Virus record (IMG/VR): IMGVR_UViG_3300023174_000194
Location: 1 to 57,552 of that record
Origin: a virus
Taxonomy: Duplodnaviria > Caudoviricetes
Strand: one strand, 5' to 3'
DNA length: 57,552 nt
The translations under genes and the position numbers were made by a program. Under the pieces are notes generated by a model that was not told the origin of the DNA, ran no database searches, and saw nothing but the letters and a program-made list of their open reading frames with translations. The first letter of the stretch is position 1, and the number at the start of each line of letters is the position of its first letter. Shown here one piece after another: positions 8,570 to 18,752 of this stretch.

Positions 8570-11500
8570 GTACATCCTCCAATGTTACTGTTCCGTCTTT
8601 TGTCTTTCCAAAATCAAACTTGTAAGATTTTCCTTCTTCAATACTCATGTAAGCCTTTGCAAAGGATGTGGGAAATACTGTGATAGAGTGCAAGTCTCTG
8701 CTAGTGTCTGCCAGAGTAAGAGATGCCATCTTCTTTCCAGTCTTGGTAATCCTTGGTTTAAATGAAACTACAAACATCTCATCATCCTTGTATGGAAGTT
8801 GCTTATAACTTAAGAACTTTACAAGAGCATGAGAAGATTCTTTTATTTCATCAGACGGGATGAAAGATACAATCCTGTTATCATTACAAAGAAGCAGGTA
8901 AGAACGACCTATCTCAATAGTTGTATTCTCATCATCAAATATACCGACGCTGCCAGTTTTGTCCAAAACTTCAACTCGTGACCATCCCGTTCCTCGCTTA
9001 ATTGATTTTACCATACCCATAAAAATGTATGATCCTTTTTCTTCAAAGTCAACAATGTCCTGAATAAATGCATAATAGTGAGAAGGTATTGTAATATTAA
9101 ACTCTGGAAGGTTTAAGTATTCATATAGGTTCTCTTTAATCTCCTGATCATTTCTAGGATTATCATTAAAGGTTGCAGCACCAATTACTCTTAGTGCCTG
9201 CAGTGCACGACTGTTTACTCCGTTACCTTTGGTAAATGTAAATTCTTCAAGTTCTTTGTACGAATTGAATGGTCGTGCAGATATGTATCTTTCGCCAATT
9301 TTGTCAGATATGAACTTGATAGCACTGAGTCCAAACCTAATGCCTTTACCCTCAATTTTAAAATCAATATCCGAATCGTTAATGTGAGGTAACTTAACGC
9401 TAATGCCCATTCTTTTTGCTTCAATAAGATATTCAGTTCTCGCATCTTTGTCCTTTTCATTTTTTAGTACTGAGTACATAAACTCAAGTGGGTAATAATA
9501 CTTTAACCATGCTGTCCAGTAGGATAGCGTTGAGTATGCTACTGCGTGTGATTTGTTAAATGAGTACCCTGCGTGAGCCTCAAAGTCATGCCATAGATCA
9601 CGAGCAGCGTTTGGAGTAATAAACTTAGATGCTCCCTCTACGAACTTTTCTTTAAACTGATCAAATTCTTTAGCATCTTTTTTCTTTCCAATGATCTTTC
9701 TAACTTTATCTGCTTCCGACATGGACATACCGCCAAGGTGTACGCATGCTTGCATAACTTGTTCTTGATAAAGAATACAGCCATAGGTGTCCTCCGTAAA
9801 TTCTTTTAGTACTTGGTGTGTATAAGATATGTTTTGACGACCATGCTTACGATCAACATAGTCTTTTCCAATAGTATTCATTGCGCCTGGACGAACAAGA
9901 GCATTAGATGCAGCAAGTTCGTTTAGATTCTTGACACCCATCTTAACAAGAAGGTTTGTGTATGGTGCTGCTTCACACTGGAACACGCCCTTTGTATACC
10001 CGTCCGACAACATCTGATAAACATTTGCATCATCCATCTTGATCTTAAGAAGGTCAATCTTCTTGCCATCTCGTTCTTTAATTATATCAATTGTATTCTT
10101 AAGAACAGATAAAGTTTTAAGCCCTAGAGCATCAATCTTAATTAAACCAATTCTTTCTGCTTCTTCCATATCAACACCAACAACAGGGATTCTTTCATCG
10201 GACCCTGTCGAAGATCTTGTTTCAAGTGGTGCGTACCTAAAGATTGGTTCTTTTGCAGTTACAACACCAGCAGCATGGATTCCTGTACCACGAATACGAC
10301 CACGAAGTTGTTCTCCATAAATCTCTACCTCTGGATACTTTTCACGAAACTCTCTTGTAGATTTAGATGTGCAGAAGTCGTCCCAAGTGTCTACAGTTTT
10401 TAAAACCTTATTAACATCTGATAAAGGAATATTTAGTACTCGTGCAACATCTCTAACGATTCCCTTTCCAGTAAACTGAAGGAATGTAGCAATAGATGCA
10501 ACATGTCGATATTGTCTAACTAGATAATCCTTAACCTCTTCACGACGAGTATCTTGAATATCTGTGTCAATATCTGGGAAGTCATTACGCTCTGGGTTAA
10601 TAAAACGGAAGAACAAAAGGTCGTGCTCAATAGGATCAATGTCTGTAATTTTTAGTGCATAACAAACAAGAGAACCAGCAGATGAACCACGACCTGGACC
10701 AACCATAATCTCTTCCTTCTTTGCCCAGTTAATCATATTGCTCACAACAAGAAAGTATGGTGCAAACTTCTTATCTTTAATAATCTGTAACTCTTCTTCA
10801 AGTCTGTCAAGGTATTCTTGATTCTCTGACAAACCTCGTTCTACCAAACCCTCTAGTGCAGCCTTTGCAAGTTCCTTATCAGGATTCTTGTATTGTACTG
10901 GAAGCAGGTCTAATCCTTCTTGAATACCATAATCTTCTACTGTGTCTGCTAATAGCATTGTGTTTGAGTATATGTCAGGTCGATCAATCCCCTGCGATTC
11001 CATCGCTGCTTTGATCTCTTCATATGAGAGCAGGTGAATATCAAACTTGTTAAATGTAATCTGACGGTCTTCGCCATAGAGATAGTCAAGGCGTTCCATC
11101 ATGTCTGTTTTCTTTTTTGACTTTTCGTATGTTGTATCTTTTACAAACTTACCATGGGTGTTCATAAGCAACTTAAATTCTTGAACTTCTTTTTGTGACG
11201 AGTCTACATGGTGGCAGTCTGGTGTTACAACAACCTTAATTCCAAACTCATCTGCAAGTTCAATTAAATATTTATTAATATGTGCTTCGTTGTGAGGCAT
11301 GACTTCAATATAGTAGTCATCTTCAAAGCGTTCCTTAAACCAAGATATATATTTCTTAGTAAGAGCAAACTCTTCTTCTTCAAGTGCTTTAACTAAAACG
11401 CTACTTGGGCAAGCAGAGGTTACAATAATTCCCTCTTTATACTTTTCTAGAATAGTAAAATCAAAGCGTGGCTTCTTAAAGAAACCATCTGTCCAAGATA

Positions 11501-11834
11501 GTTCGCTAATCTTGTTTAGATTTTCCAAACCAATTTTATTCTTGGCTAGAAGGATAATGTGATTGTAGACAAGATCTTGTTGACCTTCTCTTTCAGACTT
11601 ATCTCTTGTATCAGATATGTCTGCACACATGTATCCTTCTAGACCTAGAATTGGCTTAATGCCCTTTGCTTTTGCAATACGGTGCAGTTCCCTATGCCCA
11701 GATAAAGTACCGTGGTCAGTGATGGCAATTGCTGGCATCCCTAACTCAACTGCACGGTCAACGTATTCTTCTGGAGTAGCAATCCCATCAAATAAACTAA
11801 AATGGGTGTGGACATGTAAGCCTACGTAATTCAT
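8559..11834 (-). CDS. dnaE: DNA polymerase III alpha subunit (family C)
   Basis: PHP motif HVHTHFSLFDG, AITDHG, GPGRGSSAGSLV, catalytic PDIDTD, HAAGVV, KIDALGL, YSFNKSHA, and a C-terminal OB fold. Confidence 0.97.
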   Translation of the reverse strand: MNYVGLHVHTHFSLFDGIATPEEYVDRAVELGMPAIAITDHGTLSGHRELHRIAKAKGIKPILGLEGYMCADISDTRDKSEREGQQDLVYNHIILLAKNKIGLENLNKISELSWTDGFFKKPRFDFTILEKYKEGIIVTSACPSSVLVKALEEEEFALTKKYISWFKERFEDDYYIEVMPHNEAHINKYLIELADEFGIKVVVTPDCHHVDSSQKEVQEFKLLMNTHGKFVKDTTYEKSKKKTDMMERLDYLYGEDRQITFNKFDIHLLSYEEIKAAMESQGIDRPDIYSNTMLLADTVEDYGIQEGLDLLPVQYKNPDKELAKAALEGLVERGLSENQEYLDRLEEELQIIKDKKFAPYFLVVSNMINWAKKEEIMVGPGRGSSAGSLVCYALKITDIDPIEHDLLFFRFINPERNDFPDIDTDIQDTRREEVKDYLVRQYRHVASIATFLQFTGKGIVRDVARVLNIPLSDVNKVLKTVDTWDDFCTSKSTREFREKYPEVEIYGEQLRGRIRGTGIHAAGVVTAKEPIFRYAPLETRSSTGSDERIPVVGVDMEEAERIGLIKIDALGLKTLSVLKNTIDIIKERDGKKIDLLKIKMDDANVYQMLSDGYTKGVFQCEAAPYTNLLVKMGVKNLNELAASNALVRPGAMNTIGKDYVDRKHGRQNISYTHQVLKEFTEDTYGCILYQEQVMQACVHLGGMSMSEADKVRKIIGKKKDAKEFDQFKEKFVEGASKFITPNAARDLWHDFEAHAGYSFNKSHAVAYSTLSYWTAWLKYYYPLEFMYSVLKNEKDKDARTEYLIEAKRMGISVKLPHINDSDIDFKIEGKGIRFGLSAIKFISDKIGERYISARPFNSYKELEEFTFTKGNGVNSRALQALRVIGAATFNDNPRNDQEIKENLYEYLNLPEFNITIPSHYYAFIQDIVDFEEKGSYIFMGMVKSIKRGTGWSRVEVLDKTGSVGIFDDENTTIEIGRSYLLLCNDNRIVSFIPSDEIKESSHALVKFLSYKQLPYKDDEMFVVSFKPRITKTGKKMASLTLADTSRDLHSITVFPTSFAKAYMSIEEGKSYKFDFGKTKDGTVTLEDVHVG

Positions 11835-11837
11835 CTA

Positions 11838-12485
11838 TTACCAGTCAGTATTTGTGCTGGTAACGGATGGGCTGTCAAAGCCAAGGTAGAACGCTTCTTG
11901 TTCTGCATAAGGAACCTTGCGAAGAGCAGACTCTAGTGGATATGGTTCAGTACCAGTCCAATCAAATGGCTCCTTGTCTGGTGCAGATGGGATCAGTGTG
12001 TAATTGGTTTCAGTTCCCTGACCATTACGCTTTAACTTCCAGATAACATTTGAAATGCTTCCAGTCTCCATTGCGTATTCCTTGATTGTGTTAAATGATG
12101 ATTGCTTGCTGATACCCATTGACCAGATAGCAACATATGGTGGCTCTAGGCCATCGTCTACAAGTACATTGCAGTAGAAACGAAGACGGGCTCTCCAGCC
12201 AGCCTTTGGATCTTTACGATGCATCTCTTCTGCCCAGTCACGACCTTCTTCTTCCATTGTGTCTAGAGCCTTACGCTTGTAGTCCTTTGGGTTTGTGTGT
12301 TCTTTAACAACTAGTGCAAGTCCACGGCTTTCGTTATAGTTTGCAGAGTCTTCGTCAAGTTCTTCAATAAAACGAATCTTTGCTGATTGTCCGTCTGCTA
12401 ACTTTAGCCAACGAACCTTTGGTCCATCTGATTTTGGTTTGTCGAGCAGGGCATTGATTGCTTTTAGTCCCTTTACTACGCTCAT
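11838..12485 (-). CDS. Single-stranded DNA-binding protein (gp32-like)
   Basis: KIRF..H..RFYCNVLV..KRNGQGTETNY pattern, acidic/aromatic C-terminus TNTDW, and position between primase and dnaE. Confidence 0.75.
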   Translation of the reverse strand: MSVVKGLKAINALLDKPKSDGPKVRWLKLADGQSAKIRFIEELDEDSANYNESRGLALVVKEHTNPKDYKRKALDTMEEEGRDWAEEMHRKDPKAGWRARLRFYCNVLVDDGLEPPYVAIWSMGISKQSSFNTIKEYAMETGSISNVIWKLKRNGQGTETNYTLIPSAPDKEPFDWTGTEPYPLESALRKVPYAEQEAFYLGFDSPSVTSTNTDW

Positions 12486-12509
12486 ATATTTCTCCTTTGT
12501 GTTGTTATA

Positions 12510-13454
12510 TTAGTTTAGCATAGAGTCTATGGATTTGTCAAATGAGAAGTCAAGTTCCTTAATTGATTTATCATCCATATCGCCTATGTCTTTATATTGT
12601 TTATCTAGTTTAATAACGGATACACGAGATCCTAGTTTTTCAACTATCTTAGATTTCATATTTCCTCCCGCCTCATCATTATCAGCAATAACAATAATGC
12701 TATTGAAGTATTTCTGAAGCAATTCTATTTGTGTGTTTGACACATTGGCCCCCAGTGTAGCCACTGCAGAGATGCCAACTTGGTCAAGTCTAATAGCGTC
12801 AAATGAGGACTCAACCACATATACGCTATCTAACATTTTTACTCTGTTTAAATTAAAAAGGGTTTTTGATTTTGGAAGTCCAGGAGTATTTTTAAACTCT
12901 TTGCCCTCAATAGATCTTCCTACAAAACCAATTGGCATTCCGTCTGGGCTATGTACTGGAACAGTCACCATGTCTTGTTTTTCTGAGTAGCCTAAAGAAA
13001 ATTTTGACCAAGAAGAAAGTTCAATTTTACGATACCTAAAATAATCTTTTGCTCTGTCTGATGAAATAAGATTATTATACAAACGCTTAAGGATCAATTC
13101 GTCAAACAAAACAAACTCTGGTTTTTGATACAGAGCCTTGTTGATATCTTGCTCTAGATTTCCTTCTGATTCTTTGCTCTTAATAAATCTTTCAGACTCA
13201 AAATAAGTTCTTCCAGAAACATGCATTACGAACTCTGTTAAATTTGAAACATGCTGGCAAGAAAAACAAAAGAATGTTCCGCTATATTTATCTACTTCTC
13301 CTGCTGGTGTTCGGGTGTTATTGTGATATGGACAAAAAATTATATAATCGGAATCAATTTCTGACTCAACATCTATACCTGCTCCTGTGAGAACTCTTTT
13401 AATTTGTTCTTTTGTATACCTATTGGTTTGGTTCCGTCTATTCCTGATATCCAT
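12510..13454 (-). CDS. dnaG: DNA primase (zinc finger plus TOPRIM)
   Basis: CPYH..CFSC zinc finger, GFVGR, VVESSFDA, ATLG, ADNDEAG, KDIGD. Confidence 0.92.
   Translation of the reverse strand: MDIRNRRNQTNRYTKEQIKRVLTGAGIDVESEIDSDYIIFCPYHNNTRTPAGEVDKYSGTFFCFSCQHVSNLTEFVMHVSGRTYFESERFIKSKESEGNLEQDINKALYQKPEFVLFDELILKRLYNNLISSDRAKDYFRYRKIELSSWSKFSLGYSEKQDMVTVPVHSPDGMPIGFVGRSIEGKEFKNTPGLPKSKTLFNLNRVKMLDSVYVVESSFDAIRLDQVGISAVATLGANVSNTQIELLQKYFNSIIVIADNDEAGGNMKSKIVEKLGSRVSVIKLDKQYKDIGDMDDKSIKELDFSFDKSIDSMLN
12512..12541 (-). promoter_or_regulatory. Sigma70/SigA-type promoter TTGACA-N18-TAAACT with extended TG
   Basis: TTGACA AATCCATAGACTCTATGC TAAACT upstream of the SSB gene, whose SD is AAAGGAG. 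Confidence 0.7.
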
Positions 13455-13699
13455 TCGCTTTTCCTTTTCCCTACATATATTCCGTATATTGTTAATTCGA
13501 ACTCAAAGTATTTCTTCTTTTCATTATAGTCTATCGTAAAATCTGGTTCTATGTCAAATCTTGGAACACACCCACTGATTTTCATTTCTGATACAACCAG
13601 TCTGATATATTCAGTCTTTAGCCTGCCTATGGCTGATTCATCGTGGATAACCCCATTTAAATTGAACTTCTTTATCTGCTTGTGATGATAACGAACCAT
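13373..13699 (-). CDS. Hypothetical protein
   Basis: 108-aa ORF whose ATG lies 7 nt after TATAAT. Confidence 0.7.
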   Translation of the reverse strand: MVRYHHKQIKKFNLNGVIHDESAIGRLKTEYIRLVVSEMKISGCVPRFDIEPDFTIDYNEKKKYFEFELTIYGIYVGKRKSEWISGIDGTKPIGIQKNKLKEFSQEQV

Positions 13700-13713
13700 A
13701 ATTCATATTATAC

Positions 13714-14934
13714 CTACTTATCTTCAAAATCTTTATATCTATAGTATCCCTTGTCAAAATCACACTGGACTAAGAAGTCTCCCATAAAACCATTACGGTT
13801 CTTTCTAAAAGCGCATTCAATGATATCACTATTTGTAGCACGGCCAAGTGCTAAAACCCAGTCTGCATCATATGCAATCTGTCTAGACCAAGCAGTTTGA
13901 CCCAGGGTAGGAACTCCACTAAGATCATTAACATCGTCTGGTGTTGCAGATGAGATAGCAATGATTGGAACTTCTTCACCAATAGCCATAAGTTTAAGTT
14001 CTCTTGAAAGGTTCTTCATTCGTACCGTTTCATTATCTGACTTCTGATTAGGAGCCATCAACTGTAGATAGTCGACAATTACAAAGTCTGGCTTATACTG
14101 ATCAATCTTTCCACGAAGTACTGATGGATTAATTTCTCCACCTTGGTCATTTGAAATAATGTGAAACTCTGGCTTACCTTGCAGATGCTTTGCATGCCAC
14201 ATCTTTAGGGTTTCCATTTCAACTTCACCATTACTGAGTTTTCTATGAGACCAAAGTCCTTCACCCATAATTGTGAAAACACGATTACGAACTTCTGTTT
14301 CGGACATCTCAAGGGATATTACAAGGGGGCTCTTACCCTGTTTCCAGGCCTGTACAGCGAAGTAGAGAGCCATCCATGACTTTCCTATACCTGGGTATGC
14401 TAGAAAGACTCCTAGGTGCCCTGGCATAATTCCAGAAGGAAGATAGTTATCAAACCCTGGCAGATTAGTTTTAATTCCAACATGACCTGCTGCTTGTTGA
14501 ATCTTTAAATTTTCAAAGTATGCAACTGCTGATTCAAGATCAGTAACATCGATGTCACGAATTGCTGAAGTGTTTTTCTTTAACTCTGAAGTCTGAGCAA
14601 TTAAATTATCTAGGGCTTTGTTACCCTCACCTTGCTGAACATTTCCAGCAGCAGATCTAAGAATATCTTTTAGACTATCGTTTAGATATTCTGTCTGCAA
14701 CTCTCCAAGATGATGCTTTGTTGACCCAACGCCTGGAACAGGTTCAAAGTCACGAAACTTTTCAACAACAAGGTTTACTGGTGGAACAGAACTGTTGTGC
14801 TCAAAATAATTTCTAATAAACTCCCACAGGTCTGTATGGGTTCTAAGAAGATTATCAATATTGGCTTGTAGTAAAACATGTACCTGCTTATCTTGTAAGA
14901 CTGCAGATATTACCTTTGCCTCAGTGTTATTCAC
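13714..14934 (-). CDS. dnaB: Replicative DnaB-like helicase
   Basis: AYPGIGKS Walker A, SLEM, IVDYLQLM, YDADWVL, KNRNG. Confidence 0.95.
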   Translation of the reverse strand: MNNTEAKVISAVLQDKQVHVLLQANIDNLLRTHTDLWEFIRNYFEHNSSVPPVNLVVEKFRDFEPVPGVGSTKHHLGELQTEYLNDSLKDILRSAAGNVQQGEGNKALDNLIAQTSELKKNTSAIRDIDVTDLESAVAYFENLKIQQAAGHVGIKTNLPGFDNYLPSGIMPGHLGVFLAYPGIGKSWMALYFAVQAWKQGKSPLVISLEMSETEVRNRVFTIMGEGLWSHRKLSNGEVEMETLKMWHAKHLQGKPEFHIISNDQGGEINPSVLRGKIDQYKPDFVIVDYLQLMAPNQKSDNETVRMKNLSRELKLMAIGEEVPIIAISSATPDDVNDLSGVPTLGQTAWSRQIAYDADWVLALGRATNSDIIECAFRKNRNGFMGDFLVQCDFDKGYYRYKDFEDK

Positions 14935-15235
14935 TCAACCACTCCTTAGCCATTTGTCTGCGCTCTGCTCTTTCTTTGTCATCTTTAATCTTATCTCTTT
15001 GTGCCTGAAGAATTTTTTCTGCGTTGTATGCAAAGTGATTCCAAGAAGGACTCTCTGCAACTGAAAAGTAATACTCAAGTATATCGTAACACCCAGACAA
15101 AGTATATGATTCAACAAGAGCATCGGATGCCCACTGTTCCACATTCAGATTAAGGGATGGCTTTGACTCGTACTTTGCAGTATGATACTTGCTGTATCTT
15201 GAAAGCAAAGCCATTCGGTCTTTGCGTTCGGCCAT
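14927..15235 (-). CDS. Hypothetical protein (possible helicase loader)
   Basis: 102-aa helical ORF coupled to dnaB. Function is inferred from position only. Confidence 0.65.
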   Translation of the reverse strand: MAERKDRMALLSRYSKYHTAKYESKPSLNLNVEQWASDALVESYTLSGCYDILEYYFSVAESPSWNHFAYNAEKILQAQRDKIKDDKERAERRQMAKEWLSE

Positions 15236-15435
15236 TATTCGTTAATCTCGGACTTTGCTTCGTTAATCTTCTGTGCAAGTTTATCTTCAACAAACTTATA
15301 AACTCTTTCAAAAGCCTGATCTGTATTTTCTCCGTCACGCTTAGAATCAACAACGCCTAAGTCTAGTCTAAGAGATTGAAAATTTCCTAGGTTAAGCGTA
15401 TACCCTAGAGTTACTGATACCTTTGTTTCTTCCAT
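15235..15435 (-). CDS. Hypothetical phage protein
   Basis: MEETKVSVTLGYTLNLGNFQSLRLDLG; SD GAAAGG precedes ATG 15435. Confidence 0.7.
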   Translation of the reverse strand: MEETKVSVTLGYTLNLGNFQSLRLDLGVVDSKRDGENTDQAFERVYKFVEDKLAQKINEAKSEINE

Positions 15436-15449
15436 TTTAATGCCTTTCG

Positions 15450-15992
15450 CTAAATAGATTCGCTCCAAACTGGAACAAATCTCCCATCTTCAGTCTTTAC
15501 ATATGTAAGTATACCGTCTCCCATTCGTCTTGTCAACTCTTGGGTACTTGGTGTAATATCATTTGTTATTAAATTATCTTTTCTTGGTCTTCCAATATGG
15601 TATGTAGCAAGTATATCACGGATCTCTCTTACCTGCAATTCTGAGTAATATGATCTTACTTGGAATCCTCTTGCTCCACCTTTTTGAGATCCCGTTGGAA
15701 ATGGAATGACTCCTCGTTTCATTAATGATGGCATATATTTTTTATGACGATTAACTAAATCAGCAGTCTCTCTGACAGTGTATGCTCTAAGCCTTTTCTT
15801 TTTAAAGTCACCAATAAGACAACTTTCTATTCTGTCTTGAGTTATATTATATACAGACATAATTCCATTAGATTTGTTTAGGTGATGAACCCTTACAAGA
15901 TCACCATTTAAAAACCAAACTTTTTTATTTCCAGGAATTACAGGGGAGAGATTGTAGCCTTCGCTTTCAATGCTTCCTTTTTTAAAAGCCAT
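15450..15992 (-). CDS. MerR-like HTH DNA-binding protein
   Basis: YTVRETADLVNRH..RGVIP..RSYYSELQVREI winged-HTH pattern. Confidence 0.65.
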   Translation of the reverse strand: MAFKKGSIESEGYNLSPVIPGNKKVWFLNGDLVRVHHLNKSNGIMSVYNITQDRIESCLIGDFKKKRLRAYTVRETADLVNRHKKYMPSLMKRGVIPFPTGSQKGGARGFQVRSYYSELQVREIRDILATYHIGRPRKDNLITNDITPSTQELTRRMGDGILTYVKTEDGRFVPVWSESI

Positions 15993-16129
15993 TTCCCCTC
16001 CAATGAATTGTTTGGTGGATTAAAAAATTTTCTATTTCCGCAAAGCATGCAATATGTTTCTAGGTGCATAGGAGAACTATACTGTCTATCAACAAACATT
16101 CTTCCTTTACATCTTGAACACCTAAGCAT
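15938..16129 (-). CDS. Small zinc-ribbon protein
   Basis: CSRCKGRMF..CMLCG, with TGATG coupling to the upstream gene. Confidence 0.7.
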   Translation of the reverse strand: MLRCSRCKGRMFVDRQYSSPMHLETYCMLCGNRKFFNPPNNSLEGKWLLKKEALKAKATISPL

Positions 16130-16572
16130 CAATTGGGAATACCAACTACTATAATATTCAATCCAACCGTTACATCTCCAGTTTCATTAAAAACTACTAC
16201 ACCTTCAATTTTTGAAGTAGTAACACTTTTTAAAACAACTGAAACATTTTTTCCAGCAGAAGTATTTGCAACATTTATAGGTGTGACAGTTGCAACAGGT
16301 GTATACTTAAAAGGATTTGCAAAGTCATAAAAGAAAGGAACAGAGTCTCCTTTTGTCTTGCTTGCACTATTTACAACCTCTTTATATCCACCAATAATTT
16401 TTGCATCTGATGTTAAGCAGTGCTCTGCTCGGTTGGTACCAGCAATATCTATACTAACATATTTTGATATACTGATTGACTGGGCTGCAATCAACTTATT
16501 AAGAGATTCTACAATGTTGTATAGATATCCAACATCTAGTGGTTGGCCACGCTCAGGCAATGGAATAGTCAT
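16129..16572 (-). CDS. Putative virion / tail-tip protein
   Basis: Beta-rich (F..PF..P.AT.T pattern); last gene of the tail block; leaderless-type start. Confidence 0.55.
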   Translation of the reverse strand: MTIPLPERGQPLDVGYLYNIVESLNKLIAAQSISISKYVSIDIAGTNRAEHCLTSDAKIIGGYKEVVNSASKTKGDSVPFFYDFANPFKYTPVATVTPINVANTSAGKNVSVVLKSVTTSKIEGVVVFNETGDVTVGLNIIVVGIPN

Positions 16573-16578
16573 ACTACT

Positions 16579-16587
16579 ATTATACCA
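16579..16587 (-). promoter_or_regulatory. Extended -10 TGGTATAAT, 6 nt before ATG (leaderless)
   Basis: TGGTATAAT AGTAGT ATG. Confidence 0.65.
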
Positions 16588-17092
16588 CTAGGCTGATCGA
16601 ATTAGATTCAAAAATTTTGGCATGTTCAAACTTCTTTGTAGGAAATGTTGGAATCTGAACACAAACCTTGACAGATGTTGCACCTTGTTTTGCCAATACG
16701 GTATATGCTGGAGCAAGAACTCTTTTTTCATACACCCAGTCAGCACTGTCCCATTTCAAATATACATCAAACTCATTATTTATATCTGCTGTTGGAGTCC
16801 ATGCTATAGATATAATTTTTTTAGTTGCGTCTAATCCTATTGCAAAATTAACTGGTGGAGTAATAGGAATACCATTTTCATCAAGTTTTATGTAAGGATC
16901 TAGTGGAAGTTTATACTGAGGAGACCAGTGGGAGTTTCTGTTTCTATCTTCTGAGACAATTCTGTATCTAACAATGTATTGCCCAGTTTCAATATTCTGG
17001 CCTAGTGGATTTTGGTTTGGCTTTGATGTGGCACTATAGGCTGGTAGTTTGGCCTTTGGAATAATTACCCTTTTTATTTTTTCTGTTGCCAT
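16580..17092 (-). CDS. Putative minor tail protein (FN3-like fragments)
   Basis: YIVRYRIVSEDRNRNSHWSP; position in the tail block. Confidence 0.55.
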   Translation of the reverse strand: MATEKIKRVIIPKAKLPAYSATSKPNQNPLGQNIETGQYIVRYRIVSEDRNRNSHWSPQYKLPLDPYIKLDENGIPITPPVNFAIGLDATKKIISIAWTPTADINNEFDVYLKWDSADWVYEKRVLAPAYTVLAKQGATSVKVCVQIPTFPTKKFEHAKIFESNSISLVV

Positions 17093-18258
17093 TACAAAAC
17101 ACCAATGTTAAACCTAAACTCAACGAAGTTTGTGCTGTTAGCAAGTTTAGTAATTGGTCTTGCTTGTACATTTTTTATAACAGAGTATCCAACCAAACCA
17201 TAAAGAACATTAAGTGAATCTGTGTTTTCAATTCTTAAAGCATCTAGTGCTACATAAAAATCAGAAGATGGGTTGTCACTTTGGTCAAGTATACAAACAC
17301 TAAATTTTACTGTATTAACAGCGCTCCAAGAAAATGATGCGGACTTAGTGAGTTCCTCAAGTTTTTTCTTAATAACAAAGTATCTGTTAGTAGTAAAATC
17401 GTTAGAAGCATGCCCCGTTTCGTGTGTTATATCCACTTCAAACCTTGCATACTGACCAGTATTGTGAGCATCTGCAGAGTCAAACTCTAAAAGAAGCATA
17501 ACTCTATCTGGATTTACTGCAGAGTCTCCGTTCTTATTTATTACTGAGAACGCTAACCTTAACTCATCAAGTGGTGATTGCCTATTTAAATCAATATTGT
17601 TTCCATTTAAGTGTATGTGCTCAGAAGTGTAGACTGTACCCGATGTTGTCCAGGTTGGAACAATTGATAATTTGCCAAGTTGATTTGACTGAATTTTTGA
17701 AGAATTTCCAGACATAAGAATAATGTTATTTAAAAATCGACATCTTTCATTTCTGTCAAGTCGTGTGTCATCAGTAAATAATCTGTTGTCTGCGTTTGTT
17801 TGAAAAACCTTTTCTGTCTCATTTATAACATTGTCTTCATCTGTTCCATCTAAAGGGTCATAAACAATCTTAATTGATGTTGAGAGTGTTGGTGTGTGAT
17901 ATTCCCAGTTTTCGCTCTGCGTAAAAGAAAACAATGTTCTACTATCTAAAGCACCTGCAAAAGAGTTAGATCCTGCTGAGTATACTCCAACTTCTGTAAT
18001 TTCATATCTTTCATCTGATGGTAGTTCTGCTGTTAGAACAATCTTGTCATCGCCATCTTCATTTACAAATCCCCTGGAAGTAATAGGGACCCTTAGCATT
18101 TCAAAATCAAGGGATTTTTGATCTGAGTAATCCCCAAAAACTCCAGTTGAACTGTCAAGTGGCTTTGCTCCGCAGCCTATTGCAATATAAGAAGCGTACG
18201 CAGGAGACTGGCCAATAAGATATTTGGCTATAATAGACTTTCCTTTTTCTGTAATCAT
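17092..18258 (-). CDS. Minor tail / baseplate-type protein
   Basis: MITEKGKSIIAKYL..YIAIGCG..ITEVGVYS N-terminal motif typical of fibre-attachment/baseplate proteins. Confidence 0.65.
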   Translation of the reverse strand: MITEKGKSIIAKYLIGQSPAYASYIAIGCGAKPLDSSTGVFGDYSDQKSLDFEMLRVPITSRGFVNEDGDDKIVLTAELPSDERYEITEVGVYSAGSNSFAGALDSRTLFSFTQSENWEYHTPTLSTSIKIVYDPLDGTDEDNVINETEKVFQTNADNRLFTDDTRLDRNERCRFLNNIILMSGNSSKIQSNQLGKLSIVPTWTTSGTVYTSEHIHLNGNNIDLNRQSPLDELRLAFSVINKNGDSAVNPDRVMLLLEFDSADAHNTGQYARFEVDITHETGHASNDFTTNRYFVIKKKLEELTKSASFSWSAVNTVKFSVCILDQSDNPSSDFYVALDALRIENTDSLNVLYGLVGYSVIKNVQARPITKLANSTNFVEFRFNIGVL

Positions 18259-18752
18259 TATATTGTCCCCTCATATATTGTACCACTAAGTCGTTCCCCA
18301 GAAATCAAAATCTGAACATCTATTTGTTCATCTGGCTCAAGATTTACTACCTCTATAACAAGATCTCCGCCAGAGTTTAAGTACACAGTCTTTTTGCCTG
18401 GCCCAGTTCCTTCTAATGGCAAAGACTTTTCAATCTTAATAGGAAAATTCTTAAATATAGTAACAGAAGTATCTTGAAGATTAAGGATGTTCTGTGGGTT
18501 GTATTGCAAATAAAGGCTGCTTATGTTTTTAATTGGTTGATAGGAAATTGTCTGGCCAGATACTAAGTCATTTCTAGACAGAGTTATTAGTTCATGTCCA
18601 CCTATGTCTTCAAATATTAAATCTACCATTAATTGTTCTGGAAGAACATCGTCCTTAAAAACAAACAATTCTGGTGTGGCTACCTTGACTGCTGGATACG
18701 CTGCAGAAGTACTATTATTAGATGGCTGTGGAGAGGTTGCGTCTGTTGACAT
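18258..18752 (-). CDS. Putative minor tail protein
   Basis: Translationally coupled within the tail block. Confidence 0.55.
   Translation of the reverse strand: MSTDATSPQPSNNSTSAAYPAVKVATPELFVFKDDVLPEQLMVDLIFEDIGGHELITLSRNDLVSGQTISYQPIKNISSLYLQYNPQNILNLQDTSVTIFKNFPIKIEKSLPLEGTGPGKKTVYLNSGGDLVIEVVNLEPDEQIDVQILISGERLSGTIYEGTI

Noticed and set aside
8559-11834. Possible inteins or introns in dnaE (also checked nrdJ, dnaB, terL and recA)
   Set aside because: Lengths are ordinary, motifs are contiguous, and no internal C...HN block was seen.
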